Below, in pieces: positions 19,428-30,048 of a DNA stretch of 38,413 bases. Both the position numbers and the translations under genes were made by a program. Source of the DNA: a virus; UHGV virus genome UHGV-0319989; one strand, written 5' to 3'. How positions within the stretch are numbered: the first letter of the stretch is position 1; each line of letters starts with the position of its first letter. The notes under the pieces are model-generated. The model was not told the DNA's origin and did not search any database. It saw nothing but the letters and a program-made list of their open reading frames with translations.

Positions 19428-20633
19428 TTACGCCGCTGCAATCTTCAGCAGTTTGATGGCCTGCGAATCGACCAGCATCCCGCCGGTGCGCTTGGTGGTA
19501 TAAAAACCGACAAACGGTTTATTGGTGTACGGGTCACGCAGAATGCGGGTGCCGATACGGTCAACGATGGTGTAACCCCGTTTGAAGTTACCAAATGCAA
19601 TGGCTTTCGCATCAGCGGCGATATCCGGCATCTGTTCGTTTTCAGCGATACCGTAACCCGCCAGAGAGGACGGCTGCCCCAGTTCCAGCCCCGGACGCCA
19701 CAGATAGTTACCCTCGGTGTCTTTCAGCAGACGGATGGCAAACAGGCTGTTGTTGTTCATCATGAACTTCGCGCCAGTGCGGTGTGCCTTACGCAGCGTG
19801 TAAATCAGTTTGATAATGGCGTCTGCGGTCACCGCGGTCGCTTCGCCGGATACAATATGCTGAAGTTTGCCGAACGCCCGGACCTTGTCGGTTTCATCAG
19901 TGGATTCATACGCCAGGAACCCTTTCGGCTTCTTGGTGCCATCGCCTGAGGTAAAGGCAATTTCTTCCTGTTCGGCAAATTCGGTTGCCAGCTCGCTGTT
20001 AATCCAGGCCTCCACGTTGAAGAAGGCATCGTCCAGCATTTTCTGGGTAGCCTGCGGGTTGCCGTAGATTTCCCCCATGAGAGGTTCAATCAGCTCCAGT
20101 CTGGAGGTGGCAGTCTGGGATCGCGTATCCGTTTCCCCCACCCATCCGGAAGCCGTACCGCCCAGATTCACCAGTTTTTTGTAGTCGGAACCGCCAACGG
20201 TGATCACCGTGGCTTCCTGACGCATCACCACTTCATCTTTCAGCAGGTTAAGAATGTTGCGATCCAGTTCTTCCGGCACGGCGTAGCCACCGTCTTCATC
20301 GGTACCCACCTGCAATGCCTTACGCTCCAGATCGCGCAGACCGTCTTCACGGCCTTTACGTAGAAAGCCCACAAACGCCTCTTTATGCTCGGTGGCCAGT
20401 TTATTTTGCGCTCCACCTGCCGGACGTTTCAGCTCAAGCAGCTCTTTTTCAAGGTCGCTTTTGAGATTTTCCAGCTCGCTGAGTTTCCCGTTCAGGGTTT
20501 CCACCTGCCCGGCAAGCTTGCCTTTTTCCTGCTCAATCGCATCCACGCGCTTGTCGTTCTTTGCTTTGAAGTCGTCAAACTTCTGCTGCAGCTCCTGCGC
20601 GACCTGTTCGACATCTTTAATATCAACCGCCAT
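19428..20633 (-). CDS. Major capsid protein, HK97 fold
   Basis: 401 aa; long N-terminal coiled-coil delta-domain-like region followed by capsid core; downstream of the protease. Confidence 0.85.
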   Translation of the reverse strand: MAVDIKDVEQVAQELQQKFDDFKAKNDKRVDAIEQEKGKLAGQVETLNGKLSELENLKSDLEKELLELKRPAGGAQNKLATEHKEAFVGFLRKGREDGLRDLERKALQVGTDEDGGYAVPEELDRNILNLLKDEVVMRQEATVITVGGSDYKKLVNLGGTASGWVGETDTRSQTATSRLELIEPLMGEIYGNPQATQKMLDDAFFNVEAWINSELATEFAEQEEIAFTSGDGTKKPKGFLAYESTDETDKVRAFGKLQHIVSGEATAVTADAIIKLIYTLRKAHRTGAKFMMNNNSLFAIRLLKDTEGNYLWRPGLELGQPSSLAGYGIAENEQMPDIAADAKAIAFGNFKRGYTIVDRIGTRILRDPYTNKPFVGFYTTKRTGGMLVDSQAIKLLKIAAA

Positions 20634-20647
20634 CGTATTTCTCCTGA

Positions 20648-21334
20648 TTAGAAGTTCAGATTTTTCAGTGCATTCAGTGCAGAGCCCACATCCTCAGCGT
20701 CGCGCAGGGACAGTGCGCCATAGCCCCCGGCCATGAATGCTTTGGCCTGGGTACGGGAGAGTCCGACATCACGCAGGACTCTTTCGATTTTTTTCTGTTC
20801 GGGGATTTCCCCGCGGGCCAGCGCGTTCTTGACGTCGCTGATCCGCGCCTCGTCGTTAGACGGAAACGTCACCAGACTGACTTCCCAGAGGTCGATTTCT
20901 TTCAACAGAAAGGCTTCTTTGCTCCGGTCGTATTCCCAGTCTTTCAGGACGTACCCAATAGAAAGGCCGGTTAACGAACCGGCCTTCATGTGTGCATGTG
21001 CGCGTTTTGCGAGGGGATCATCATCAATGAGCAACCGCCCCCTGACGTAAAGCCCGACATCGTCTTCCTTCATTTCGGTGTAAACACCGATGGGTTCATC
21101 CATGCGGTGCTGCCAGAGCAGCGCAGGTAACGCTTTTCTGTCACTCCACGCCCGCAGGGAAGCAGCAAATGCCCCGGACATCACCACATCATCGTGGCTG
21201 TCCTTTACACCAAAGACGGAGCCATACCCTTCAAACTCACCGGAGTCACTGACAGATTTCAGACTCAGCGGTACATCAAGACGTTGTTTCGTCTGCATTG
21301 GCGTTATCCTTCTGCTTACCGGCTTTACTGCCAT
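20648..21334 (-). CDS. Prohead serine protease (HK97 family)
   Basis: Between portal and capsid. The internal ATG at 21298 (MQTKQR...) may be the true start. Confidence 0.75.
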   Translation of the reverse strand: MAVKPVSRRITPMQTKQRLDVPLSLKSVSDSGEFEGYGSVFGVKDSHDDVVMSGAFAASLRAWSDRKALPALLWQHRMDEPIGVYTEMKEDDVGLYVRGRLLIDDDPLAKRAHAHMKAGSLTGLSIGYVLKDWEYDRSKEAFLLKEIDLWEVSLVTFPSNDEARISDVKNALARGEIPEQKKIERVLRDVGLSRTQAKAFMAGGYGALSLRDAEDVGSALNALKNLNF

Positions 21335-22517
21335 CGGAGGGTTTCGTGGTCATGTTCATCGGTGTGAGATAGACATCCCCACCGGGACGCGGATTCATAT
21401 CTTCCAGGTCGCGGCAGTCATTGGGAGAGTAAATTCCCCAGTTAATCCCGGTGGCGTAGGCTTCAAAACGGGACTTCATATCCCCGCGCAGTAACGCCCC
21501 GGCGTTAAATTTGGCGTAATAAACGCCCTGCTTACTTTTTCGTACCAGTCCGGTGTTGATCCGCTGCTCAATGCGGGTCAGATACGGCACCAGTGAATAG
21601 TTGATAAATCCCAGCCCCAGTTCTTCGATATTGTTGAAGGTGGCGCGATCGGTGTTCTGCACCATGTGCAATGGCACACGGAACAGACGACAGATTTCTT
21701 CAAGCTGAAACTTGCGGGTTTCCAGGAACTGGCTGTCCTCGGCGTTCAGCGCCATCGACTTCCAGTCCAGCCCCATCTCAAGGATCATCGGGCGGTGAGC
21801 ATTACCAAGCCCGGTGTGACGCTCCTCAAAATCTTTCTTCAGACGCTCATAAGCCTGATCCGACAGCGTCTGCTCTGTACGCAACACACCGGACGTCACC
21901 GCACCATTGCTGAACAGTCTGGCCCCGTGCTCTTCGGTCGCAGCTGCCAGCGATATTGCCTCGCGGGCATAGGCGATGGGATTCAGTCCCACCAGACCGT
22001 CCAGCGTCAGCGTGCGCACATGCCAGATATCTTCCTGGCTCAGTACATCCGTGGAGCCGTCCGGGAATGTGACCTGGTAAACCGGTTCCCAGCTACTGTT
22101 AAGCTTCGGTACCACACAACCTGGGTCGACGGGCAGCAGTTCAGCCACTTCGCCAAATGCTTTCACTTTGTAGGCGTAAAAGTTTCCCCGCAGGCACAGA
22201 CAGGTGACCACCAGCTCCCAGAACTCCTGCGGCGTCATATAGCCATTGGGATGCGTGGAGATCAGCTTATGCAGACGTTCGCCGGTGGCTCTCTGTTTCA
22301 GGCTGCCGTTCAGGTGATACAGGTTGCAGGGCAACATCCCGACCGACTCCGCCAGCACCCTGACGCAGGAAAAAACCGCCGTCAGTCGCATGGCCCGCTG
22401 GCTGCTGATCTGCTTTCCGGTATAGGTGTCATATGACAGCCCGATAGCATCCGCCAGCTCTGCTGGCGTGGTCACCGGTGCGTCACTTTTTCGTTGAAAT
22501 AATCCCGAAAAGAACAC
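21276..22517 (-). CDS. Portal protein (HK97 family)
   Basis: 413 aa; follows the large terminase. Confidence 0.85.
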   Translation of the reverse strand: MFFSGLFQRKSDAPVTTPAELADAIGLSYDTYTGKQISSQRAMRLTAVFSCVRVLAESVGMLPCNLYHLNGSLKQRATGERLHKLISTHPNGYMTPQEFWELVVTCLCLRGNFYAYKVKAFGEVAELLPVDPGCVVPKLNSSWEPVYQVTFPDGSTDVLSQEDIWHVRTLTLDGLVGLNPIAYAREAISLAAATEEHGARLFSNGAVTSGVLRTEQTLSDQAYERLKKDFEERHTGLGNAHRPMILEMGLDWKSMALNAEDSQFLETRKFQLEEICRLFRVPLHMVQNTDRATFNNIEELGLGFINYSLVPYLTRIEQRINTGLVRKSKQGVYYAKFNAGALLRGDMKSRFEAYATGINWGIYSPNDCRDLEDMNPRPGGDVYLTPMNMTTKPSDGSKAGKQKDNANADETTS

Positions 22518-22699
22518 TATTTACCTCCGCCGACAGACGGCTGTGTACGGTCGAGATATCGCGCCACCAGCCACGACCAGAACAGGCACAGCGCCCCGGC
22601 AACAACAAACCCCGCCGGGGGATAAATCAGCCAGGCACCATACGCCAGCAAAAGCGCACCCAGCACGCCCACCAGAGGCGCGAGAATCAGCATGATCAT
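22517..22699 (-). CDS. Small membrane protein, two predicted TM helices
   Basis: 60 aa, hydrophobic ([26 protein letters not shown]...); inserted between large terminase and portal. Confidence 0.45.
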   Translation of the reverse strand: MIMLILAPLVGVLGALLLAYGAWLIYPPAGFVVAGALCLFWSWLVARYLDRTQPSVGGGK

Positions 22700-22710
22700 A
22701 ATTACCTCAG

Positions 22711-24444
22711 TTAAAGCGAGCGGATCCCGTAGGACTCAATGTGATCAGACAGCGTGTCTTCTTTCTCGTACAGCATGGCTCTGCCAACCGCCATAATCAG
22801 CGCAACTGCACCATCAATTTTGTTTTCCGCCTGCTCCTTGACGGGCTTCACCACATCATCGTTACCCGGAATGGTTTTGCCGACCACGTTGCCGATACAC
22901 CAGGTCATGATGGGATTGCCGTCATGATGAAAACGCCCCGATTCAATTGCCGCTTCCAGCTCTTTCATCGGGTCGGACATGTTGGTGTAGTTCTGAATGA
23001 TGGTGATGGGGTTCAGGTCTTCATCCGCAAGGTCATGCGACAGCCCGGTCGCCCCGAAGGGGTCGATGGGTGACTCACTGACCGGGCTGATTTTGTTCGC
23101 CGCTTTGGCCTCCTCGAGGATGTAGCGATAATCCACCTCCGCACCATCGGTAACGGTCAGAACGCCCATTTCCACCCATTTCTGAAAGCGCTCGGCTGTC
23201 CGGCGATCTTCATTTTTCTCGACGCTGTACACCGTGTCATACGGTACCCAGAAGCGCGGAGCCACACTGTAGTAATGCGTTTTACCGTCAATCTCGCGGG
23301 TATAAAGTCGCGCCATACTGTTCATATCCAGCTTACGCGCCAAGTCAAAGGCCAGAATGCACGGCTGCCCCTCAAACTGCTCAAGGGTCAGTGATTTATC
23401 CTCGCAGCTCTGCCAGCTCACCAGGTTGAAATACGCCGAACGCGCCGACACCCAGATATTGAGGTGTTTTGTTTTAAAGACGTTTGCCAGACGGGCGTTA
23501 TTTTTCGCACGCTGCTGCTGACTTAACAAAAATTCGCGATAAACCGACACGCCAATATTTGGATTGGCTTTTTCCAGCACCTGCGGGTCGGTCCAGTCGT
23601 CACCTTCATCAACGGTATAGATGATCCCGAACAGTTCATCGTTGGGCACCGAGCCGTTGAGCATCTCGATGACTTCCCGCCGCTTGTCGTAGCACGGCCC
23701 CTCAATGTTGTACCCGGCAGTAGTAATGGCCCACATCAGTGGCTGACGTCGCGCCCCCATCCCGGTAAGCATCGTGGTGTAAAGCGCATCGGTGGCGTGC
23801 TCGTGATATTCATCCACCACCGCACAGTGGGGTGATGAACCATCACCGGGGTTGCCGATCAGCGGTTCAAACCGCGCGCCATCCTCCGGACGGTTCATGT
23901 TTGAGGCGTTAACCTCAATCCCGAACGCTTCCGTCAGCATGGGTGTGCGTTTACACATCAGTCGCGCCGGGCGAAAGACTTCCCACGCCTGTTTCTCTGT
24001 CGTGGCACCGGAATACACTTCCGCGCCAAACTCGTTATCACAGGCAAAACAATACAGGGCGACACCGGCAGAGATTGCCGATTTGCCGTTCTTACGGGGG
24101 ATTTCGGTATACACCTCACGGAAGCGGCGCAGCCGGGAGCCTTTATTGACCCAGCCAAACGCGCAGCAGATCACAAAGAGCTGCCACGGCTCCAGCGTGA
24201 TGGGCATCCTCTTGAATGCCCACTCACCCTTGGTGTGCGGCAACAGCTGAATAAATTTGGCGGCCCGTTCAGCCAGGTCCTTGTCGAAGCGGTAACGAAA
24301 CGACTTACTTTTTTCCGCCATCAGGTCATCAAGATGGCGCTGGCAGGCCTGAATCACAAACTGGCAGGCCACAATCTTTCCGCGAACGACATCCCGGGCA
24401 TACTGATTGGCAGCATTTACGTTGGGGTAAGATTTCCGGCTCAT
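22711..24444 (-). CDS. Terminase large subunit
   Basis: 577 aa; Walker A-like [10 protein letters not shown]-terminal nuclease region. Confidence 0.9.
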   Translation of the reverse strand: MSRKSYPNVNAANQYARDVVRGKIVACQFVIQACQRHLDDLMAEKSKSFRYRFDKDLAERAAKFIQLLPHTKGEWAFKRMPITLEPWQLFVICCAFGWVNKGSRLRRFREVYTEIPRKNGKSAISAGVALYCFACDNEFGAEVYSGATTEKQAWEVFRPARLMCKRTPMLTEAFGIEVNASNMNRPEDGARFEPLIGNPGDGSSPHCAVVDEYHEHATDALYTTMLTGMGARRQPLMWAITTAGYNIEGPCYDKRREVIEMLNGSVPNDELFGIIYTVDEGDDWTDPQVLEKANPNIGVSVYREFLLSQQQRAKNNARLANVFKTKHLNIWVSARSAYFNLVSWQSCEDKSLTLEQFEGQPCILAFDLARKLDMNSMARLYTREIDGKTHYYSVAPRFWVPYDTVYSVEKNEDRRTAERFQKWVEMGVLTVTDGAEVDYRYILEEAKAANKISPVSESPIDPFGATGLSHDLADEDLNPITIIQNYTNMSDPMKELEAAIESGRFHHDGNPIMTWCIGNVVGKTIPGNDDVVKPVKEQAENKIDGAVALIMAVGRAMLYEKEDTLSDHIESYGIRSL

Positions 24445-24944
24445 GATTCGATGATTTTCAGAAACGGGTTAGTGGCTTTCTTCTGCCCCGCCAGGCCAAT
24501 CAGACGCTGGCGGCTGCTGGGGTCGAGTCCGAGCATTGCCCCCGTGCTGCTCATCTCGGACTCCTGTTCTTTTTTGGCGGTCAGCTCCGGGTTTTTGACC
24601 ATACCGCCCATTGCACCGGTGATGGTGTTGCCCTGGCTGGCAATATTTTTCACGGCACGTCGCCAGAACTCATAGGCCACGCACCACCGCTCAAGTACCG
24701 CCAGGTCAGTCACGCACAACAGGCCCTGACCGCAGAGTTCTTTGGTTGTCAGTTGCCACATGATCGTGGCGAGAGGGAGATCTTCTTCAGCGAACCACTC
24801 CGGTGGCTCAACACCTTTGATGGGCGTAAAAACAGGTTCATCTTTGTTCAGGGCTCGCTTGCCGGGGTTTCCGGCCAGCGCCTTGCGCGCCGTTGGCTTG
24901 GGGCGACGCCCGGAACGCCCCGCCGTTCCAGCCATATGCGGCAC
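24441..24944 (-). CDS. Terminase small subunit (P27-like)
   Basis: 167 aa basic N-terminus; ATGA overlap with the large subunit. Confidence 0.75.
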   Translation of the reverse strand: MPHMAGTAGRSGRRPKPTARKALAGNPGKRALNKDEPVFTPIKGVEPPEWFAEEDLPLATIMWQLTTKELCGQGLLCVTDLAVLERWCVAYEFWRRAVKNIASQGNTITGAMGGMVKNPELTAKKEQESEMSSTGAMLGLDPSSRQRLIGLAGQKKATNPFLKIIES

Positions 24945-25060
24945 TCCTGGTTAAATTTCATTTTTCGCGGGTATAAAAAAACGATGGGGCGGGCAGTCCG
25001 GAAGACGTCAGGTCACAGGGATTTGACCCGCCCCTCCCCTCTGGCTGTGGGAACTGGTTC

Positions 25061-25411
25061 TTACTTCAACCGTTCACGGGCCGTCTTCGCCTTATGACAT
25101 GGCCAGCACAGGCTCTGCAGATTACTGTCAGCGTCAGTGCCGCCATGCGCCTTAGGGATAATGTGGTCAACGGTTTTCGCCTCACGCACCACACCGGCAC
25201 GCAGACATAACTGACACAGGCCTTTGTCACGCTTCAGCACACGTTCACGGATGGTATCCCACTTCGAACCGTAACCGCGCTGATGACGTGACAGGCCTGG
25301 TTTGTATTGCTTCCAGCCTTCGCTTTTGTGGCTTTCGCAATAGCCTGACGGGTCAGTAGTGGTATTGCGGCAACCGCGAACGCGGCAGGCTTTTGGTGTA
25401 CGTGGTGGCAT
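25061..25411 (-). CDS. HNH endonuclease (terminase-associated)
   Basis: CxxC...H-N-H...CxxCH: CRVRGC...DHIIPKAHGGTD...NLQSLCWPCH. The ORF-track start at 25498 is probably too far upstream; MPPRTPK at 25411 preferred. Confidence 0.75.
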   Translation of the reverse strand: MPPRTPKACRVRGCRNTTTDPSGYCESHKSEGWKQYKPGLSRHQRGYGSKWDTIRERVLKRDKGLCQLCLRAGVVREAKTVDHIIPKAHGGTDADSNLQSLCWPCHKAKTARERLK

Positions 25412-25484
25412 TAATTGTTTCCTTAAGCCATTACGATGCGTCTGAAAATGAGTTAATCTGAAAATTCCTTCACTATGCGAGAGC

Positions 25485-25790
25485 ATGACAATGGTCATAG
25501 GACAAGAAGATCAGAAATGCTGCCCGGCTTGCAATTCAGATGCGACCTGGCAGAACCGTGATACCGCTTGGTTAATTAGATGCCCGATGTGTGAAACATT
25601 TCTCATCAGGAATTCCACCATTGAAATTTTGCGAAGTGACGTTGTGTATCGGACATTAGCTGGTGACCTTCTCAAACAAGAAGGTGGGTGTGACTACATG
25701 CTTACAAGAGGAAGGCTTGCGAACTTCGCGAAAACCCAGCTCCCAAAATCAAAGTTTCAGGAATACTTCCCTGGTGACAACTACGAATAA
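25485..25790 (+). CDS. Hypothetical Cys-rich protein on the opposite strand (moron at the bor-like position)
   Basis: 101 aa with CPACN...CPMCE zinc-ribbon-like pairs; plus strand between the lysis cassette and the packaging genes. Confidence 0.45.
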   Translation: MTMVIGQEDQKCCPACNSDATWQNRDTAWLIRCPMCETFLIRNSTIEILRSDVVYRTLAGDLLKQEGGCDYMLTRGRLANFAKTQLPKSKFQEYFPGDNYE

Positions 25791-25829
25791 GCCATTACAA
25801 AGCCCACCCGCAGATGAGCTTTGTAATGG

Positions 25830-26087
25830 CTACTGTGAGTTGCGTGACGTTTCTATCTTCCTGATACTGGCCTTGTCGATGTTGCACTGGCCCAGCGCCG
25901 AAAGCAGGCTCACATTCAGATCCAGACTGGCCCCATAGGTCAGCGGGTCGGGAATGACTGGCTGGGGCGTTTCAGTGGTCAGGCTTGTTGGCAGCGGTAC
26001 CGCCGGAACCGGCACGTAAACTGTTCGCGTACTTCCGCAACCGGTCAGCAGCGGCAGCAGGCACATGACGTGAAGCACAATCATCAT
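25830..26087 (-). CDS. Rz1-like o-spanin (outer-membrane lipoprotein)
   Basis: Lipobox LLPLLTGCGS followed by a Pro-rich segment; overlaps the 3' end of Rz in another frame. Start approximate. Confidence 0.6.
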   Translation of the reverse strand: MMIVLHVMCLLPLLTGCGSTRTVYVPVPAVPLPTSLTTETPQPVIPDPLTYGASLDLNVSLLSALGQCNIDKASIRKIETSRNSQ

Positions 26088-26364
26088 CCGCAACAGCCAC
26101 TTTGATATCTTCCTGGGTTCTCTGTGACTCCAGTGCGATCTGCTGTTTTGCATGCTGGTTAGCCTCTATAACTGTATTGATGATTTGCAGTGATTGCAGA
26201 ACGTTACGGGTAATGGCAGTTGCTGATTCAGCATTTCGTACAGCCTCATCAGCACGCTCCTTTTCGTGCTGATATTTGCTGTAGTAATGTCCAGCAGACC
26301 AGATGAAGGAACCAATGACGCTAACAACGAAGGCAACAATAACCAGCTTATATCTCAGCTTCAT
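25972..26364 (-). CDS. Rz-like i-spanin
   Basis: N-terminal TM helix (LVIVAFVVSVIGSFIW) plus coiled-coil periplasmic domain; follows the endolysin. Confidence 0.7.
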   Translation of the reverse strand: MKLRYKLVIVAFVVSVIGSFIWSAGHYYSKYQHEKERADEAVRNAESATAITRNVLQSLQIINTVIEANQHAKQQIALESQRTQEDIKVAVADDDCASRHVPAAAADRLRKYANSLRAGSGGTAANKPDH

Positions 26365-26824
26365 TTACTACCCCACCAGCTTTTTTAAATCGGGCAATCA
26401 GGTCACCGATTTTATGTTCATACTGACCGTAACCTGCACCAGGTAACGACGCCCAGATATTGCTGCAACGGTCGATTGCCTGACGAATACTGCCGCGGTC
26501 AATCATCGGTAAAGCACCACGCTCTTTAATCTGCTGCAGAGCTACAGCGTCCTGGCTTTCTGAAGAAAAATCTTTCAGGCCAAGCTGTTTACGGTAAGCA
26601 TCCCACCAGCGTGAAAGAAGCTGGTAACGTCCGGCAGCTGTTGATTTGAGTTTGGGGTTTAGCGTGACAAGTTTGCGAGGGTGATCGGAGTAATCAGTGA
26701 ACAGTTCGCCACCAACAATAACATCATAACCGTGGTTACGTGTCGGTTGTCGCCCGTTATCCGTTCCTTCTGACCATGCCACCATATCCAGGAAAGCTTT
26801 ACGCTGGGAATTTAGTGCCTGCAT
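26348..26824 (-). CDS. Endolysin, lambda R-like lytic transglycosylase
   Basis: 158 aa, near-identical by recollection to lambda R (QRKAFLDMVAWSEGTDNGRQ...HGYDVIVGGELFTDYSDHPRKLVTLNPKLKST...). Confidence 0.9.
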   Translation of the reverse strand: MQALNSQRKAFLDMVAWSEGTDNGRQPTRNHGYDVIVGGELFTDYSDHPRKLVTLNPKLKSTAAGRYQLLSRWWDAYRKQLGLKDFSSESQDAVALQQIKERGALPMIDRGSIRQAIDRCSNIWASLPGAGYGQYEHKIGDLIARFKKAGGVVNEAEI

Positions 26825-26827
26825 AAA

Positions 26828-27163
26828 TTACTCCTTCGAGCTACCAAATTTGTTACCGATTACTCGCATTGCAGCCCCACGAATAGCATCGACACCGATC
26901 AGCCCCACGCCACCACCAATGGCAACAGAAAGCGATTTAGGCCATCCGACATATTCAAGAGCGGATGCAAAGGTCAGCGTCAGAGCGCCACATAGCAAAA
27001 TCTCGAGCGTTTTTCGCTTCCAGCCACCACCACCGCCAAAATAGGCGATGCGCAAACCAGCCATAACGATCGACATAATCACTGCACCCAGCGGTGTGTC
27101 TCCACGCCACCAGCTCTGAAACAACTCCAGCCAGTCCGGCCAGGTATTTGGGTTATGAGGCAT
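26828..27163 (-). CDS. Putative holin
   Basis: Hydrophobic helices, Gly-rich segment, charged C-terminus; immediately upstream of the endolysin. Start chosen at MPHNPN with GAGGTGAGAG upstream (ORF-track start 27259 overlaps the methyltransferase). Confidence 0.55.
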   Translation of the reverse strand: MPHNPNTWPDWLELFQSWWRGDTPLGAVIMSIVMAGLRIAYFGGGGGWKRKTLEILLCGALTLTFASALEYVGWPKSLSVAIGGGVGLIGVDAIRGAAMRVIGNKFGSSKE

Positions 27164-27239
27164 TTCGTCATCTCTCACCTCGCGATATTTGCGGGTGCTG
27201 TGTTGGAAATAAAAAGGCCACGCAACGTGGCCACCAGAA

Positions 27240-28292
27240 TTATTTCCCCACCAGTTCACTTACCTCTTTCACCGTCTGATTAAACCGCTCTGACTCAAGT
27301 TCAACACCTAACGCCCGACGCCCCAGCGCCATTGCTGCTTTTATTGTGGAACCGGATCCCATAAAGAAATCAGCAACCAGATCACCAGGTCGACTACTGG
27401 CATTGATTATTTGCCGGAGCATATCCGCCGGTTTCTCGCACGGATGTTTACCCGGGTAGAACTGAACGGGCTTATGCGTCCAGACATCGGTATAAGGCAC
27501 GGAGACTGATACGGAGAAATAGCGCCGGAGAGATTTAAACTCATCCAGCAATTCAGAATATTTGCGATTCAGTGAATCATAAGATGCCACCAGCTGGTGG
27601 TGTGGTTGTTCCAGTTGTTGTTCCTGAAACTTCTCTGCCGCTATACGGGAAAACAGTGCCTGTAACTTCCGATAGTCAGCCTCATTCGGCAACTGCCACT
27701 GACTGGCACCAAACCAGTGGGAAACCATATTTTTCTTACCTGTGGCTTCGGCAATTTGTTTTGCCGTTATACCCAGTTCGGCACGAGCATCCCTGAAATA
27801 CGATATCAGCGGTGCCATTATGTGCTGTTTGAGTTCCCTTTCTTTTGCCGCATAGCCGTCACTTTTGCCGCGATATGGCCCCTGGTAATGTTCAGCAAAC
27901 AGAACGCGCTCTGTGGCAGGAAAATATGCGCGCAGACTTTCTTTATTACACCCATTCCAACGTCCGGACGGCTTCGCCCAGATGATATGGTTAAGCACGT
28001 TGAAACGTTCACGCATCATGATCTCAATATCAGATGCCAGGCGATGCCCACAGAACAGGTAAAGGCTTCCGGCAGGTTTCAACACCCGCCAGAACTGGGC
28101 CAGACAGTGGTCCAGCCACTTAAGGTAATCTTCGTCCCCTTTCCACTGATTGTCCCAACCGTTGGGTTTCACCTTGAAGTAAGGCGGATCGGTAACAATC
28201 AGGTCAATGGAATCATCAGGCAGGGACTGAATAAAATGCAGGCAATCAGCGTTGATTAAATCAACACTGTTTATTTTTACAGTATTTTTCAT
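27240..28292 (-). CDS. Orphan DNA methyltransferase (N6-adenine / N4-cytosine class, DPPY motif)
   Basis: LIVTDPPY near the N-terminus, C-terminal AdoMet-binding FxGSGS; no adjacent restriction endonuclease gene seen. Confidence 0.8.
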   Translation of the reverse strand: MKNTVKINSVDLINADCLHFIQSLPDDSIDLIVTDPPYFKVKPNGWDNQWKGDEDYLKWLDHCLAQFWRVLKPAGSLYLFCGHRLASDIEIMMRERFNVLNHIIWAKPSGRWNGCNKESLRAYFPATERVLFAEHYQGPYRGKSDGYAAKERELKQHIMAPLISYFRDARAELGITAKQIAEATGKKNMVSHWFGASQWQLPNEADYRKLQALFSRIAAEKFQEQQLEQPHHQLVASYDSLNRKYSELLDEFKSLRRYFSVSVSVPYTDVWTHKPVQFYPGKHPCEKPADMLRQIINASSRPGDLVADFFMGSGSTIKAAMALGRRALGVELESERFNQTVKEVSELVGK

Positions 28293-28441
28293 GGATCAGT
28301 AAGCGTAACTCTGGTAGGCTCACTCTGCTTTTGCGCTAAAGCAGTGGGCCGTGGTTCGCTTGTGACCAGTAGGCATGAGCGAATGGCTGGCAGGTGCTAC
28401 CAACACCCACCAGCCGCCCATTTTCACAAATTAAAAGCCCT

Positions 28442-28660
28442 TCATTGCTGAAGGCGTCTGTAACAGCCGAACTGGTAATCTACCAGCCCCGCCATAACCA
28501 GCTGGGTCAGTATTAACTGACAGCGTTCGCGTGAAAGGTATGTGTTTTGTGCAATCTCCCCGACTGTTGCCGGTTCGATGCTTAATTCATTAAAAACAAC
28601 TTTCGCCGTTTCTGTCATATCTTGCTGTTTTAGCATGTCTTTTTCCCTTCTGGTTAACAT
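28442..28660 (-). CDS. Small hypothetical protein, winged-helix-like
   Basis: 72 aa (...PATVGEIAQNTYLSRERCQLILTQLVMAGLV...); first gene after the putative late terminator. Confidence 0.4.
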   Translation of the reverse strand: MLTRREKDMLKQQDMTETAKVVFNELSIEPATVGEIAQNTYLSRERCQLILTQLVMAGLVDYQFGCYRRLQQ

Positions 28661-28758
28661 GACATACCAATAACTCTTGTCTAAAAAGCCAGCAAGATAA
28701 AAAGTCAGTATTCACGACCACCAGCGTGTTTACCGTACTGCTCTTGGTTTACAGGTAC

Positions 28759-28783
28759 AAAAAAACCGCTCGACGGCGGGTTT
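28759..28783 (-). terminator. Candidate tR'-like terminator for minus-strand late transcription
   Basis: On the minus strand AAACCCGCCGTCGAGCGGTTTTTTT: short GC stem plus 7-T run, between the opposite-strand insertion and the late genes. Confidence 0.35.
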
Positions 28784-28899
28784 AAGCTGTGTGGCGAAGT
28801 AACCACTCTTAACAGATTATGATAGTTTTTGCGTACGCGTTAGTAATTTATTATGCTCTTTACAATTGTTAGCTTAACCGCATGGAATTGACCAAAAAA

Positions 28900-30048
28900 A
28901 TGAGCAAAGCAAGCATACGCCACGTAATCGTTCATGAGCTCTTAAAAGAATCTAATAAAGACTTCGATCACTCCAAACCATACAATCTTCGTGATACAGA
29001 ACTAGATAAAACAAATGATATAGTAAAAAAATTAGTAGACGGTGTTATTGATTTGTATGGTTCAAAAGGGAACTCAGCGCATTATGGTGTTTTTATTAAA
29101 AATAAAACAAAGCAAGGCCCTATACCAGAACTATTTTATAAATACTCTTTAGTTCAACAATCTGTTTCAAGTGATTTCATTGAATTATCGAAGGAAGTTA
29201 TGAAACAAATGTATAAATCTGCTCAAGAGCAGATTTGGGCTTCTGGAGGATATGTTGTTTTTACTGATTATATTTTATCTGGTTTCCGTTATCTATTGGT
29301 TACAATGATCAAAAAAACTAATGGCGTAACTATTAGTGAAAATTTAGAGCCAGAGGAAATGATTCACTTAGAACTTGGTAATATTAACCAAGCAGCAAAA
29401 ATAAATTTCAGATATTATGAAGAATACCAAAAAGCAGATGACTTAAAAAAAACAGACTTAAGTTATCTAAGCTTTATAAGCAAAACTACGGGACAGTCAG
29501 CGGCAGCATATTTTATAGCAGCATTAGGATGTGACAAGGGGATTGCTTCAGCAGGTGCAACCCGTAAGTTACCAGATGAAATAAGGCGTTTCTTTAAGAA
29601 AGAACCTCTTTTAAAAAATCAAGCAGAGTCATTTAGAAATGATGTTATCAAATACTTAGAAAAGCAATTTGACAACGAGCACTCTGCAAGGCTTTCTGAT
29701 ATCGAATCGCTTGCTTCAGGCCATATGTCCGATTTAAAAGAGGAAGAAAAAACAGAACTTGTTGATAAATTAATGAAACACCTCAATAGTGAGGAAGTCA
29801 GAATCCCATCAGAGTTCGTAATCAATAAAAACTCCTTAGATAAAATCCGCAATGTGATATATAAAACCCCATCATTGAGCTTTCACTTCGACAAGGATTT
29901 ACTCGGTGTCACAACTGATGCTAAAATATATTATGATGACGAAAACCAAAGCCTAACATTTAATAATTTGCCTGTTGAAGCATTAACTAAGATAAGAAGA
30001 GCGTTGAAAGAAACTGATAACCCGAGTAATGAAGAAGATAAAGAATGA
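28900..30048 (+). CDS. NdpA/YejK-like nucleoid-associated-protein-family homologue (candidate sensor of a cargo two-gene module)
   Basis: Collinear similarity by eye to E. coli YejK: N-terminus IRHVIVHELLKE versus YejK INQIALHQLIKR, and core GGYVVFTDYILSGFRYLLVTMIKKTNGVTISENLE. AT-rich, plus strand inside a minus-strand operon. An in-frame ATG at 28882 is an alternative start. Confidence 0.6.
   Translation: MSKASIRHVIVHELLKESNKDFDHSKPYNLRDTELDKTNDIVKKLVDGVIDLYGSKGNSAHYGVFIKNKTKQGPIPELFYKYSLVQQSVSSDFIELSKEVMKQMYKSAQEQIWASGGYVVFTDYILSGFRYLLVTMIKKTNGVTISENLEPEEMIHLELGNINQAAKINFRYYEEYQKADDLKKTDLSYLSFISKTTGQSAAAYFIAALGCDKGIASAGATRKLPDEIRRFFKKEPLLKNQAESFRNDVIKYLEKQFDNEHSARLSDIESLASGHMSDLKEEEKTELVDKLMKHLNSEEVRIPSEFVINKNSLDKIRNVIYKTPSLSFHFDKDLLGVTTDAKIYYDDENQSLTFNNLPVEALTKIRRALKETDNPSNEEDKE

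Noticed and set aside
21666-22436. 256-aa plus-strand ORF inside the portal gene, and similar long antisense ORFs (9645-10103, 11833-12330, 16024-16440, 17431-18021, 18111-18608)
   Set aside because: All lie antisense within confidently assigned structural genes in GC-rich DNA and give Arg/Gln/His-rich translations; shadow ORFs.
24945-25060. Possible cos packaging site in the HNH-to-terminase intergenic region
   Set aside because: The location is appropriate for an HK97-type cos site, but I could not identify a defined cohesive-end or terminase-binding motif from sequence alone, so it is not reported as a feature.
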